From assembly GCA_965221905.1 (NCBI GenBank), contig OZ244922.1, forward strand, positions 2,592,001 through 2,656,000: 64,000 nucleotides of DNA. Reading direction: 5' to 3'. This DNA is from Chloroflexota bacterium (GTDB lineage Bacteria > Chloroflexota > UBA11872 > VXOZ01). A program made the position numbers and the translations under genes. Positions 50,846-61,338 of the stretch are shown here, piece by piece; positions within the stretch are counted from its first letter, which is position 1; each line of letters begins with the position of its first letter. A model generated the notes under the pieces. The model did not search any database and was not told the origin of the DNA. It saw only the letters and a program-made list of their open reading frames with translations.

Positions 50846-51853
50846 ATGAATGCTGTCGGCAACACATGCACAGGCGGCGTGGATTCTGATAACGGGCTGC
50901 GAATCAATGATGTCTTGGTCGTAGGCAGCATCAACACGGACTTGGTTATAGCGGTGCCAACCCTTCCCCAAGCAGGGGAGACCGTGCTGGGGGACGACCT
51001 GCAGCGCATTGGCGGCGGCAAGGGCGCCAACCAAGCTGTGGCGGCAGCGCGCCTCGGTGCGCGCACGGCATTTATCGGCCGCGTCGGTTCTGATGCGTTT
51101 GGCAAGGCGCGCCAGGCAGAGCTGGAGTCGTTCGGTGTGGCCGTTGCAGGCATATCAACCGATCCCGATCGCCCGACCGGCGCGGCTCTCATTATGGTTG
51201 ACGACCACGGTGACAATGTGATTGCAGTGTCCCCCGGTGCCAATGCCGCGCTTGCGCCCTCCCACGTCATCTCGGCCAAGGCGCAGTTTGCGCAGAGCAG
51301 TGTGCTCATATGCCAGCTTGAAGTGCCGCTTGAAACAGTTGCAGCCGCGCTGGCTCAGGCCCGCGCGCACAGTATGACGGCCATTCTCAATGCTGCGCCC
51401 GGGAACGCCAAAGCGTCTCCCCTTCTGGGATCAACCGACGTACTTATCGTAAATCGAGTGGAAGCCGAAAGCCTTGTAGGGGATCGTGTAGGATCGATCG
51501 CTGCCGCGCGCGCTGCCGCGGGAGAGCTCAGCCAAAGAGTCCGTCGCGCAGCCATCCTTACACTCGGCACAGCAGGCAGTATAGTGGCTTCCAGTGACGG
51601 CATCGAGCATGTCCCGGCATGGCAGGTGTGTACGGTTGACGGCACCGCCGCAGGCGACGCATACGTCGGTGCGGTCGCCGCTGCGCTTGCACGCGGCGAA
51701 ACCCTGGCAGACGCAGCGAGATTTGCAACCGCGGCGGCAGCAATCGCGGTAGGGCGCTTTGGTGCTCAGCCATCGCTTCCTACGCGCAAGGAAGTCATAG
51801 AGTTTCTCAAGAGTCATCCTTCTGCCATACCTGCATACGAACGAAACACCTGA
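50846..51853 (+). CDS. rbsK: Ribokinase
   Basis: VVGSINTDL, GGKGANQAVAAARLG, QLEVP, DGTAAGDAY, GAQPSLP. Confidence 0.88.
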   Translation: MNAVGNTCTGGVDSDNGLRINDVLVVGSINTDLVIAVPTLPQAGETVLGDDLQRIGGGKGANQAVAAARLGARTAFIGRVGSDAFGKARQAELESFGVAVAGISTDPDRPTGAALIMVDDHGDNVIAVSPGANAALAPSHVISAKAQFAQSSVLICQLEVPLETVAAALAQARAHSMTAILNAAPGNAKASPLLGSTDVLIVNRVEAESLVGDRVGSIAAARAAAGELSQRVRRAAILTLGTAGSIVASSDGIEHVPAWQVCTVDGTAAGDAYVGAVAAALARGETLADAARFATAAAAIAVGRFGAQPSLPTRKEVIEFLKSHPSAIPAYERNT

Positions 51854-51875
51854 CTGTCATCCCGGAGCAAAACCC

Positions 51876-52898
51876 ATGACCGAATCCTCCTGGCAAGACG
51901 TACTGACACAGTTTTCGTCGCAGCGGATTCTCGTAATTGGCGACATGGTTGCCGACGAGCATATCTTCACGCGCGCGAGCGGCATGTCGCGTGAAGCCCC
52001 GCTGCCGGTATTGCAATTCATTGACCGCAAGCTCGTGCCCGGCGGCGCTACCAATGTCGCCCGCAATGCCCGTGCACTCGGCGCGGAAGTTTGGGTAACG
52101 GGCGTTATTGGGAACGACCAAGTCGGTCATGACTTACGAGAGATGCTCGAAGATGACCGCATCCATTGCAATGAACTTTACACCGCTGATGGTCGTGCTA
52201 CTTCAATTAAGACGCGCATCTGGGCCGGAGGAGACCAACAGCCTGTGCAGCAGCAGGTATGCCGTATAGATCGCGTCGAGCGCAACCCTAATTCGCAAGA
52301 GCTTTGCCAACAGGTGATAACAGGTCTCGCAACCCGCATTCCGCAAATAGATGCCATCATCGTCGCAGACTATGAGATCAGCATGATAGAAGACTCCATC
52401 ATCGAAACAGTCTTGCGCCAGGCTCAAGCGGAATGCAAGACTGTCACTGTCGACTCCCACGGCAATCTTACGCGCTTCCCGGCGGCCGACACGTTCACCC
52501 CAAACCAACCGGAGGTTGAGTTTACGCTCGGTCGCACCCTGAATTCGCATGACGATCTAGAAGAAGCGGGCACGGCCCTGCTCGATCTCCTTGCTACAAA
52601 GGTGCTTCTCATTACGCGCGGGAGTGAGGGCATGGCGCTGTTTGCTGCCGGAGCTGCGCCCTATCACATTCCGGCGCTCGGCAGCAGCCGCGTGATCGAT
52701 CCCACTGGGGCTGGCGATACGGTATCGGCCGTGCTCACATTGGCCCTCCTGATTGGTCTCCCGCCCCAGCGCGCTGCTATGATGGCAGCAGCGGCAGCAA
52801 GCGTTGTGGTACGCAAGCTCGGCGCTGCCGTAGCTTCCCCCGCTGAAATCTTGGCTGTTTTGTCTGCCGCAGAAAGCCCGGAGTGTGACCGCATCTAA
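51876..52898 (+). CDS. HldE/RfaE domain I-like sugar-phosphate kinase (PfkB family)
   Basis: VIGDMVADE..SREAPLPV..PGGATNVARN, KTRI, DPTGAGDTV. Confidence 0.85.
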   Translation: MTESSWQDVLTQFSSQRILVIGDMVADEHIFTRASGMSREAPLPVLQFIDRKLVPGGATNVARNARALGAEVWVTGVIGNDQVGHDLREMLEDDRIHCNELYTADGRATSIKTRIWAGGDQQPVQQQVCRIDRVERNPNSQELCQQVITGLATRIPQIDAIIVADYEISMIEDSIIETVLRQAQAECKTVTVDSHGNLTRFPAADTFTPNQPEVEFTLGRTLNSHDDLEEAGTALLDLLATKVLLITRGSEGMALFAAGAAPYHIPALGSSRVIDPTGAGDTVSAVLTLALLIGLPPQRAAMMAAAAASVVVRKLGAAVASPAEILAVLSAAESPECDRI

Positions 52899-53364
52899 GA
52901 TCTTGACTGAAATAAAGCTGATTGGCCGCTGCAGTGCACTAAAGCGACAAGGACGATCAATCGTCTTCACCAATGGTTGTTTCGATCTGCTCCATCCGGG
53001 CCACGTCGCCTACCTGGAAGCCGCGCGAGACCTTGGTGATGCCCTCATCGTGGCTGTTAACAGCGATCGCTCCGTACGGGCGCTAAAGGGGCATACGCGA
53101 CCCATATCATCGGAGAAGGACCGCGCGCGCGTGCTCGCGGCGCTAGCGTGCGTGGACTTTGTAACTGTTTTTGACGACGACACAGCGGAACGACTACTAA
53201 ACGTCTTGCAGCCTGAGATTTATGTCAAGGGTGGCGACTACACGGAAACAGAACCGGTAGAGGCCGGCGTTATCAGGGCCTATGGCGGAAACGTGCGAAT
53301 CCTCCCCTTCACCTCCGGTTACAGCACCACAGCGCTTGTTGGCCGTATCCTCGCCAGCGAGTAG
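52885..53364 (+). CDS. rfaE2: HldE/RfaE domain II-like heptose-1-phosphate nucleotidyltransferase
   Basis: VFTNGCFDLLHPGHV, NSDRSVRALKG..RP, VKGGDY, FTSGYSTT. Confidence 0.88.
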   Translation: MTASKILTEIKLIGRCSALKRQGRSIVFTNGCFDLLHPGHVAYLEAARDLGDALIVAVNSDRSVRALKGHTRPISSEKDRARVLAALACVDFVTVFDDDTAERLLNVLQPEIYVKGGDYTETEPVEAGVIRAYGGNVRILPFTSGYSTTALVGRILASE

Positions 53365-53409
53365 TCCTAGCGATTTTAAACCGTTACACGCAAAGGAGAA
53401 AATCATACA

Positions 53410-53868
53410 GTGGCGCAACGTACTCTCATCATCATCAAGCCCGATGGCGTCCAACGCGGTCTTGTCGGCGCAATTCTGGGCCGTTTCGAACAGCGCGGTC
53501 TCAAACTCGTCGGACTCAAGCTCATGTCCGTCACGCGATCTCTCGCCGAAGTCCACTATGCGGTACATCAGGAGAAGCCGTTCTTTGCCGACTTGATCGA
53601 ATTCATTACCGCTGCTCCCGTTGTTTGCGCCGTGGTGGAGGGACCGGAGGCAATAGCAGTAGTACGGAGCTTGGTAGGCGCCACACGCTTTACCGAGGCT
53701 GCGCCGGGTTCGATCCGCGGCGATTTCGCCCTCGACCTCACGATGAACTTGATACACGCTTCCGATGCGCCCGAAACCGCGGAAAATGAAATCAACCTCT
53801 TCTTCCAACCGGAGGAATTAGTGGACTACACGCGAGAGAGCGATCGCTGGGTAACGAGCGAGGGATAA
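53410..53868 (+). CDS. ndk: Nucleoside diphosphate kinase
   Basis: TLIIIKPDGVQRGLVG, PGSIRGDFA, NLIHASD. Confidence 0.97.
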   Translation: MAQRTLIIIKPDGVQRGLVGAILGRFEQRGLKLVGLKLMSVTRSLAEVHYAVHQEKPFFADLIEFITAAPVVCAVVEGPEAIAVVRSLVGATRFTEAAPGSIRGDFALDLTMNLIHASDAPETAENEINLFFQPEELVDYTRESDRWVTSEG

Positions 53869-54141
53869 TCCAAAAGCGCTATAGTCGCGGGAACGTGCAG
53901 TGAGAGTTGCCCGCTGTTGTGGAGATGTTGTTGTATTGCGCGGCACTGGACACGACCGCGATCCGCGTGCACCATACTACTAGAATGGTAATTCAAGACA
54001 ATTGCTCAAGCGGAAAGAAAGTGAATCGCGATCCAGTTGGCTTACGGCGCATTGAGAATCGTCGTGGTGTCCTCTGTTGATTGCCTCACCGAACATAGGC
54101 GAACGGGCATTAGTCATCAGGAAAGGGGATAGTCAAGGAGC

Positions 54142-55554
54142 ATGAAAGATCAACGACCGAACGTCATCCTTTTCACCACCGACCAGCATCGCGGCGATCA
54201 TCTCAGCATCGCCGGACATCCGGTGGTCGAGACGCCCAACGTGGATTCATTTGTGGAGCACGGCGCATACTTCCCCAATGCCTACACCGAAATTCCATCC
54301 ACCACAGGGGCGCGGCGTTGCCTCCACGGCGGACAGCGCAGCTATGACTGCGGCTTGATCGGCTATTCCGGCACCGAGTGGCATGAGCCGAACACCCTCG
54401 CGGGGGTACTTGCCGATGCCGGCTACCACTGCATCAACGTCGGCTGGCGCAACATGCACCCGCGCCGCAAGCTCTACGGCTTTCACACCGTCATCCCGCA
54501 CGACCTACGCGTAGGGTTTGATGACTACTGGGAGTGGCTGTGTCAAGAGTTGGGCCCTTATGCGCACGAACGCATCCATGGCTCAGACGCAAACGGATGG
54601 CTGGGACGTCCCTGGCCCTATGAGGAACGTTATCATGCCACGAACTGGACCGTAGACGTTACGATAGAACAAATCAAGAAGCGCGACCCGACTCGTCCGG
54701 TATTCGTCTGGTGCTCGCACCTGCGACCGCATTCGCCCTACGATCCGCCACAGTTCTTTTGGGATATGTATGCCGATCGGCAATTGCCGGAAATACCGGT
54801 CGGAGACTGGGCCGAGCGCTACAACGTACCGCAGCCCGGACTCGGCCGCACTGCCTGGTACGGTCGTCTCACCGACGAGCAACTCCAGCGGATGCGCGCC
54901 GGTTACATGGCGTGCATCAGCCATATCGACTATCAGCTTGGCTACCTGATGGAACGCGTCCAACAGGAGTTAGGCAACAACGTCATGTTCGTATTCACGG
55001 CGGACCACGGCGACATGATGGGCGACCACAACTTGCTACGCAAGTCGTACGCCTATGAAGGGTCGGCCCGCATTCCGTTCGTCGTCAAGTATCCCAATAA
55101 CCAAGACCTCCCGTCCGGCACGTTCGAGCACCCGGTAGGACTGCAGGACGTCATGCCCACAATCCTCGATGCAGCCGGCACCGACATCCCAGAATCAGTA
55201 ACAGGCAAGAGTGTCCTGCAAGTGGCGCGTGGTGAGCCGTGGCGAGATTTCGTCCACGGCGAGCACTCTCCTTGCTACAGTCACGACAACGCGGTGCAGT
55301 ACCTCACCGACGGCAAGGAAAAGTACCTCTGGTACCCGGTGCGGGGCGAGGAGCAGTTCTTCGATCTTGCTAACGATCGCCAGGAAATCCACGATAGAGC
55401 GAACGATCCGGCCTATGCCGACCGCGTTGCTCTCTGGCGCGACCGCCTCATTGCCTACCTGGGCGAGCGCGGCGATGGCTTCTCCGATGGAGAGAAGTTG
55501 CTTGTGCGTCCAGAGGGCTATGGCCCGGCGGCAGATCAACCTGCGGCGGTCTGA
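54142..55554 (+). CDS. Sulfatase-fold (alkaline phosphatase superfamily) hydrolase with atypical active-site motif
   Basis: RPNVILFTTDQHRGD, PHSPYDPP, FTADHGDMMGDH, YEGSARIPF, DVMPTIL; the CxPxR position reads TTGAR. Confidence 0.9.
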   Translation: MKDQRPNVILFTTDQHRGDHLSIAGHPVVETPNVDSFVEHGAYFPNAYTEIPSTTGARRCLHGGQRSYDCGLIGYSGTEWHEPNTLAGVLADAGYHCINVGWRNMHPRRKLYGFHTVIPHDLRVGFDDYWEWLCQELGPYAHERIHGSDANGWLGRPWPYEERYHATNWTVDVTIEQIKKRDPTRPVFVWCSHLRPHSPYDPPQFFWDMYADRQLPEIPVGDWAERYNVPQPGLGRTAWYGRLTDEQLQRMRAGYMACISHIDYQLGYLMERVQQELGNNVMFVFTADHGDMMGDHNLLRKSYAYEGSARIPFVVKYPNNQDLPSGTFEHPVGLQDVMPTILDAAGTDIPESVTGKSVLQVARGEPWRDFVHGEHSPCYSHDNAVQYLTDGKEKYLWYPVRGEEQFFDLANDRQEIHDRANDPAYADRVALWRDRLIAYLGERGDGFSDGEKLLVRPEGYGPAADQPAAV

Positions 55555-55730
55555 GCGCAAGGGCTGGATACGTATACCATCAGTAACTCTCCAGTTTGCA
55601 CGTAGCACACAGTGCGTGCGTAACCTTCTGCGCACAAACAGTGCGGACGCAATCGCGCTATACTTAGCCCCAGTTACAGGAACGTACGTGATAGCGTACC
55701 GACCTTGCATGCCGCACGGAGGTCACACCA

Positions 55731-57497
55731 ATGGCCGGTACAAGCGCATTCGATCCGATCACCTTTGAAGTCGTGCGCCACGCGCTGACTGAAGCTACCG
55801 AGGAAATGGCGGTTGCGCTCCGGCGCAGCGCCTACTCGACCAACATCAAGACCCGGGCCGATTTCTCTTGCGCCTTCTTCGACCGCGATTTGAACGTGGT
55901 GGCCCAGGCGTTCTGCCAAGCGGTGCACCTCGGCTCACTCGTGCACCTTGTGCCGATTGCCATCCGCGCCTATGGTCCGGAAAACCTCAACCCGGGCGAT
56001 GCCATTCTTTGCAACGATCCCTATCTTGGTGGCGTGCACCTCAACGACATTAGCCTCATTTCGCCGGTCTACTACGAAGACGAGCTTTTCGGCTACGTCG
56101 CGAACATGGCGCACCACGTAGACGTGGGCGGCGGCGCGCCGGCCAGTGTCGGCGCGTTTCGTGAGGTCTATCAGGAAGGGATCATCATCCCACCGGTCAA
56201 GCTAGTGGCGTCCGGCGAGATCGTTCAAGACGTGTTTCGACTCATCCTGGGACAAATCCGCTCCAAGCGGGAGACTGCCGGTGACTTCCGCGCCCAGATC
56301 GCCGCCAATACCACCGGCACGCGCCGGTTGTCTGAGCTGGTTGAACAGACCGGCCTCTCCACAGTCAGTAAGTACATTAAGGAATTAATGGCCTATGCCG
56401 AGCGGCGTACGCGCGCTGAAATCGCCAAGCTGCCCCAGGGAGAATTCACCGCCGATGGCTACGTTGACAACGACGGCTATACCGACGATCCGGTGCACCT
56501 GGTAGCCAAGGTGCGCATCGACGATGACGGAGTCTTCTTCGACCTGAACGGCTGCGACCCACAGCGGCGCGCGCCGGTGAACTCAACCTTTGCGCAGACG
56601 TTCTCCGCCTGCGCCTACAACCTCAAGTGCTTGATCGATCCCGATATCCCGCCCAACCAGGGCTTCTACCGCATGGTACGCATAAATGCTCCGGAAGGTA
56701 CGGTAGTAAACTGCCGGCCGCCTGCGCCCGTGGTGGGAGGGTGGGAAACACACGCGCGCCTCAATGACGTCATATTCAAGGCGCTCGCGCCTGCACTGCC
56801 GGAGCACTCGCCCGCAGGCACTAAGGCCATGCAGTGCCACGCCGGATTCGGCGGCATCGATCCGCGCAACGGCGAGTACTACTGCTTCTTGGAAACTCTC
56901 GCCGGTGGCTATGGCGGCAGATTCCAGAGCGACGGCCCGGACGCCGTGCAAACCCACGGCCAGAACACCGAGAATGCACCGATTGAAGAAACCGAGCGCT
57001 ACTATCCGGTGCGCATCTTACGTTACGAGCTGGTGGACGACTCTGAAGGACCGGGGAAGTTTCGCGGCGGACTGGGCCTGCGCCGCGATTATGTCTTCCT
57101 CGACCATGACGTTACGTTTACGGTTCTTGCCGACAGAGACAAGGCGGGCCCGTGGGGACTCTTTGGCGGCGAACCCGGTCGCCCGGCCTTCTACCTTCAC
57201 AAACACGATGGCGAAACGGTACACCTGAGCTCAAAGACTACACTCGACGTACGTCCCGGAGAGATAATCCGCTATGAGACCTGCGGCGGCGGCGGTCACG
57301 GCCCGCCCTGGCAGCGGGACCCGGAACGGGTACTCAATGACGTGCGTCAAGGGAAAGTCAGCCGTGAGCGCGCACGCACCGCCTATGGAGTGGTAGTCGA
57401 CCCGGAACAATTGGCAATCGACAGCAGCGCAACTGCGGCGCGACGCGCGGCTATGCAAGCCGAAAACACTGACAAAGACACCAACGGAACGGGGTGA
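55731..57497 (+). CDS. Hydantoinase B / oxoprolinase family protein
   Basis: RSAYSTNIK..DFSCA, NDPYLGGVHLND, HHVDVGG, QEG, GGGGHG. Confidence 0.93.
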   Translation: MAGTSAFDPITFEVVRHALTEATEEMAVALRRSAYSTNIKTRADFSCAFFDRDLNVVAQAFCQAVHLGSLVHLVPIAIRAYGPENLNPGDAILCNDPYLGGVHLNDISLISPVYYEDELFGYVANMAHHVDVGGGAPASVGAFREVYQEGIIIPPVKLVASGEIVQDVFRLILGQIRSKRETAGDFRAQIAANTTGTRRLSELVEQTGLSTVSKYIKELMAYAERRTRAEIAKLPQGEFTADGYVDNDGYTDDPVHLVAKVRIDDDGVFFDLNGCDPQRRAPVNSTFAQTFSACAYNLKCLIDPDIPPNQGFYRMVRINAPEGTVVNCRPPAPVVGGWETHARLNDVIFKALAPALPEHSPAGTKAMQCHAGFGGIDPRNGEYYCFLETLAGGYGGRFQSDGPDAVQTHGQNTENAPIEETERYYPVRILRYELVDDSEGPGKFRGGLGLRRDYVFLDHDVTFTVLADRDKAGPWGLFGGEPGRPAFYLHKHDGETVHLSSKTTLDVRPGEIIRYETCGGGGHGPPWQRDPERVLNDVRQGKVSRERARTAYGVVVDPEQLAIDSSATAARRAAMQAENTDKDTNGTG

Positions 57498-59644
57498 GGT
57501 CTGTGGGCGCAGCAAGATATCGGCTCGGTGTTGACATTGGCGGTACGTTCACCGACGCCACGCTGGTGGATGAGAGCAGCGGCCGTCTCTGGAATGCCAA
57601 AGTCTCATCCACGCCGCACAACCCGGCGCAGGGCTTTCTTTCGGCTACCCGGCAGATACTTGACCAGTCCGAGTTAGCTCCGGAGTCATTGCGCTACGTG
57701 GTCCACGCGACCACCGTGGCGACGAATGCCATCATCGAAGGCAAAGTCGCGCCCACCGTGCTCATAACGACCGAGGGCTTTCGCGACATCCTGGAGATTG
57801 CCCGCCAGATTCGCCCTTCACTCTATGACACGCAGTTTGAGAAACCGAAGCCCCTCGTACCACGCGATCGCTGCTTCGGCGTGCGCGAGCGCCTGGACGC
57901 TACCGGCGCCGTTCTCACACCATTGAACGAAGCCGCCATACCCCAAATCGCAGCCATCATACGAGATGCGGGTGTCGAGTCCGTCGCCGTCTGTTTCTTG
58001 CATTCTTACCTGAACGCGCAGCATGAGCAGCGCGTGGGTGAATTACTGCGAGACTTCGCGCCGAACATTGCCATCTCCCTTTCATCCGACGTAGCGCCGG
58101 AAATCAGGGAGTACTTCCGTGCCAGCACTACGGTCATCAATGCTGCGCTACGACCCATTGTTTCGCGGTATCTTGAGAACATCGAGGAGCAACTGCGCGC
58201 GCAAGGCGTTTCATCCGAACTCTTGGTAATGCAGAGCAGCGGCGGCCTCATGACGTTTGCCGACGCCCGCCGCAGACCCGTCTTCATGGTGGAATCCGGC
58301 CCGGCTGCGGGCGTGATCACGGCGGCGCACCTTGGTGAAGCGCTGGGCTACCCAAACGTCATCTCCTTCGACATGGGCGGCACTACCGCAAAAGTCGGCC
58401 TCGTGCAAGACGGCACGCCCCGGATTACCAAAGATTACGAGGTCGGCTCTGTCGCCCAACCCGGCAGCGGTGGGTTTCGCGCAGGCGGCTACCCCATCCG
58501 CACCCCCGTCATAGATTTGGTGGAGATTGGCGCCGGAGGGGGGTCAATCGCTTGGGTTGACCCCGGCGGCATCTTGCGCGTCGGGCCTCAGAGCGCAGGC
58601 GCCGACCCCGGGCCGGCCTGCTACGGTCAAGGCGGCGCCGAGCCGACGGTTACCGACGCGAATCTGGTCTTAGGCCGGCTCAATCCCGGTTACTTGCTCG
58701 GGGGTGACCTCAAACTGGATAGTGCGCTCGCCCATGCGGCCATCGAGCAGCGCATTGCCAAGCCTCTCGGATTGGACGTGGTGAAAGCCGCGTATAGCAT
58801 CGTAGAGATAGCGAACGTGGCGATGATTAACGCGCTGCGTCTCGTCTCGGTGCAACGCGGCCATGATCCCCGCGATTTCGCGCTCACCGCCTTTGGCGGA
58901 GCCGGACCGCTGCACGCCAACCGCCTGGCGCACGAGATGAACATCCCCGTTACCGTCATTCCCACCAGTCCGGGAACGGCTTCGGCGCTGGGCCTCCTCG
59001 TCACTGATATCACCTACGACTATGCCACTACACTGATCGAGCAAGTCGACCGTCTCCAGCCAAGCGTAGTAGCGGATGTGTTTGCAGACCTTCGTAAACA
59101 AGGCACAGAAGCCCTCGCCGCCTCGGGCGTAGCTCCCGCCGACATGTCCTTCGTGCATCAAATTGACTTGCGCTACGTCGGGCAGAGCTATGAGCTCACG
59201 CTGCCGTGTCCCGATGGCGAAGCGACGGGCTTTACCGTTTCCGAACTCTTGAATGACTTTCACGCAGAGCACAATCGCGTTTACGGCCATAGCGTTCCCG
59301 GCGAGCCGGTGGAAACCGTAAATCTGCGGCTTACGGCTCTCGGCAACATTGTAAAGCCGCCGCTGCTGGCAAGAGACACCGCGATGCACGCCCTGCAAGC
59401 AGCACAACTTGGTAGCCGTCCGGTATACTTTGGCGAAGCCGATGGCTTCGTGGACTGTCCTGTATATGATCGCTATCGACTTGGCGCGGGCATGGAGGTG
59501 GCGGGCCCGGCGATTGTGGAAGAATACGATTCTACGACCGTAATTCATCCTGGATACTACGCATCGGTCGATCAATACGGTACACTGCTACTTACAAAGC
59601 ACGCTATCGTTTCCCGCAACGGAGGAGCAACAAGGGATGGCTGA
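57494..59644 (+). CDS. Hydantoinase A / oxoprolinase family protein
   Basis: GVDIGGTFTD, TTVATNA, ESGPAAG, DMGGTT, IGAGGGSIA, AFGGAGPLH, GPAIVEE. Confidence 0.94.
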   Translation: MRSVGAARYRLGVDIGGTFTDATLVDESSGRLWNAKVSSTPHNPAQGFLSATRQILDQSELAPESLRYVVHATTVATNAIIEGKVAPTVLITTEGFRDILEIARQIRPSLYDTQFEKPKPLVPRDRCFGVRERLDATGAVLTPLNEAAIPQIAAIIRDAGVESVAVCFLHSYLNAQHEQRVGELLRDFAPNIAISLSSDVAPEIREYFRASTTVINAALRPIVSRYLENIEEQLRAQGVSSELLVMQSSGGLMTFADARRRPVFMVESGPAAGVITAAHLGEALGYPNVISFDMGGTTAKVGLVQDGTPRITKDYEVGSVAQPGSGGFRAGGYPIRTPVIDLVEIGAGGGSIAWVDPGGILRVGPQSAGADPGPACYGQGGAEPTVTDANLVLGRLNPGYLLGGDLKLDSALAHAAIEQRIAKPLGLDVVKAAYSIVEIANVAMINALRLVSVQRGHDPRDFALTAFGGAGPLHANRLAHEMNIPVTVIPTSPGTASALGLLVTDITYDYATTLIEQVDRLQPSVVADVFADLRKQGTEALAASGVAPADMSFVHQIDLRYVGQSYELTLPCPDGEATGFTVSELLNDFHAEHNRVYGHSVPGEPVETVNLRLTALGNIVKPPLLARDTAMHALQAAQLGSRPVYFGEADGFVDCPVYDRYRLGAGMEVAGPAIVEEYDSTTVIHPGYYASVDQYGTLLLTKHAIVSRNGGATRDG

Positions 59645-59930
59645 AGCCTTGCTGGGTACCCTTGGGAATTCGCAAGACACTCTGGCGACCAAATCCGACC
59701 TTCATGAATTAGCACAGGAGACCAAAACCGACCTGCGCAATCTGGTGCGAGCAATCGCAACCCTAGAGCAAGCTGTAAGTAAGATGGCAAGCAAGGCCGA
59801 TCTGCGAGAACTGGAACACTCAATCAGAGCTTCCGTGCGCGAATTGGAATTGCGCATGACTGTTAAGGTCGGCGCTATGCTGTTCGCGGTGGCAGGTCTG
59901 CTCGTTGCGCTGGAACTGATACCGCGCTAG
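59637..59930 (+). CDS. Small coiled-coil protein with C-terminal TM helix (DUF1640/CCDC90-like)
   Basis: Repeated ATKSDL/ETKTDL/ASKADL; ELELRMTVKVGAML followed by a TM segment; RBS GGAGG. Confidence 0.7.
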   Translation: MAEALLGTLGNSQDTLATKSDLHELAQETKTDLRNLVRAIATLEQAVSKMASKADLRELEHSIRASVRELELRMTVKVGAMLFAVAGLLVALELIPR

Positions 59931-59964
59931 ACCAAGGGTAGCAACGGTAAGAAGGATACGCGAT

Positions 59965-61143
59965 ATGGCTGAGACTGCCGATGTCGTCGTCGTTGGAGGC
60001 GGGAGCACCGGTACCAGCATTGCCTGGCAACTGGCAAAGATGGGGGCCGGCCGGGTCGTTTTGCTCGAACGACGGGGCCTAGCGGCACAAGCAACCGGTG
60101 TCACCGCAGGAATCGTCCGCACCCACTACACGCATGAGACACTCGCGCGCATGGCCTTGCGTGCGCGACATGTATTTGAAAACTTTGACGACGTGGTTGG
60201 CGGTGACGCCGGTTTTCGGCAGACGGGGTTCCTCGCCTTGCTAGGACCGGACGATGTCGACACGGTAGCGGCAAACATCGCCATGCACCGTGATCTTGGA
60301 ATTAACACCTACATTCTGTCGCCGGACGAAATACGAGAAGTAGAGCCGCGTCTGGCGTTGTTTGGCATTGGCGCGGCTGCCTGGGAACCGGAATCGGGGT
60401 ACGCCGACCCGGTGCGCACCACCCTTAGTTTCGCGGATGCTGCGCGGCGGCACGGCGCGGAGCTCCGCATCGGCGTAGGGGCGGATAGCTTGGAAGCAGA
60501 CGCGAATGGCATCGTTGGCGTCGAGACGAACGTCGGACCCATAGCCACACGCTCTGTGGTCGTCGCCAACGGTTTCTCTGCACGCGGCTTGGTAGCGCCC
60601 CTGGGCATCGAGGTTCCTCTCACACCGATACGGCATGCGGTGGCGTTCATGCAGCGTGCCGACTACTTCGGCAAAACCCACCCCATCATCTCAGACCGTG
60701 TACAAGGGAGCTACTACCGCCCCCGCGAGGACGGTCAGACTATGGTCGGCAAGACCGCGCCGTATGATGGAGATGAAGATCCGGACGCTAGTGCTTGGCC
60801 CGCCGCGCGGCCTGAAATCCTCCAAACCCTAGCTGAGCGGTACCAGAGGCGGTTCCCCAATCAAGGAGCGCCCGCCGTAAACAGCGCCACGTCCGGTCTT
60901 TACGACTGTTCGCCGGACCTCCAGCCGCTGCTCGGCGCCGTGCCTGACGTGCCGGGCCTGCACCTTGCCGTCGGACTGAGCGGTCATGGCTTCAAACTCA
61001 GTCCCATCTTCAGTCAGATGCTGGCTGAGCAGTTGCTCACAGGCAGCAGTACGCTCTTCGATATCGAGATGTTCAATCCGGCACGCTTTATCCAAGAACG
61101 GCGCATCGTGCCGCACCACGCATACTCAATTTCAACACTTTAG
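59965..61143 (+). CDS. FAD-dependent oxidoreductase (DAO / sarcosine oxidase beta family)
   Basis: VVVGGGSTG, AGIVR, GLYDCSPD..LG, GLSGHGFKLSP. Confidence 0.92.
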   Translation: MAETADVVVVGGGSTGTSIAWQLAKMGAGRVVLLERRGLAAQATGVTAGIVRTHYTHETLARMALRARHVFENFDDVVGGDAGFRQTGFLALLGPDDVDTVAANIAMHRDLGINTYILSPDEIREVEPRLALFGIGAAAWEPESGYADPVRTTLSFADAARRHGAELRIGVGADSLEADANGIVGVETNVGPIATRSVVVANGFSARGLVAPLGIEVPLTPIRHAVAFMQRADYFGKTHPIISDRVQGSYYRPREDGQTMVGKTAPYDGDEDPDASAWPAARPEILQTLAERYQRRFPNQGAPAVNSATSGLYDCSPDLQPLLGAVPDVPGLHLAVGLSGHGFKLSPIFSQMLAEQLLTGSSTLFDIEMFNPARFIQERRIVPHHAYSISTL

Positions 61144-61338
61144 AATTCCAGTCTTACGGCCGGATGAGGTTCCGCAAGACGCGTTCTTTCGATCGGCGCA
61201 ATGAGCGGGCAGAGCATTGAGAAAGGAGAGCGATTGAGTGGTAAAGCAAGCGCCCGCGAGAGATCAAATGTGATGTAGTCTGAGTGTGTCGACTAACAAT
61301 TCGGCACACGTGAATGAGACCACGGGAGGTCACAAGCA

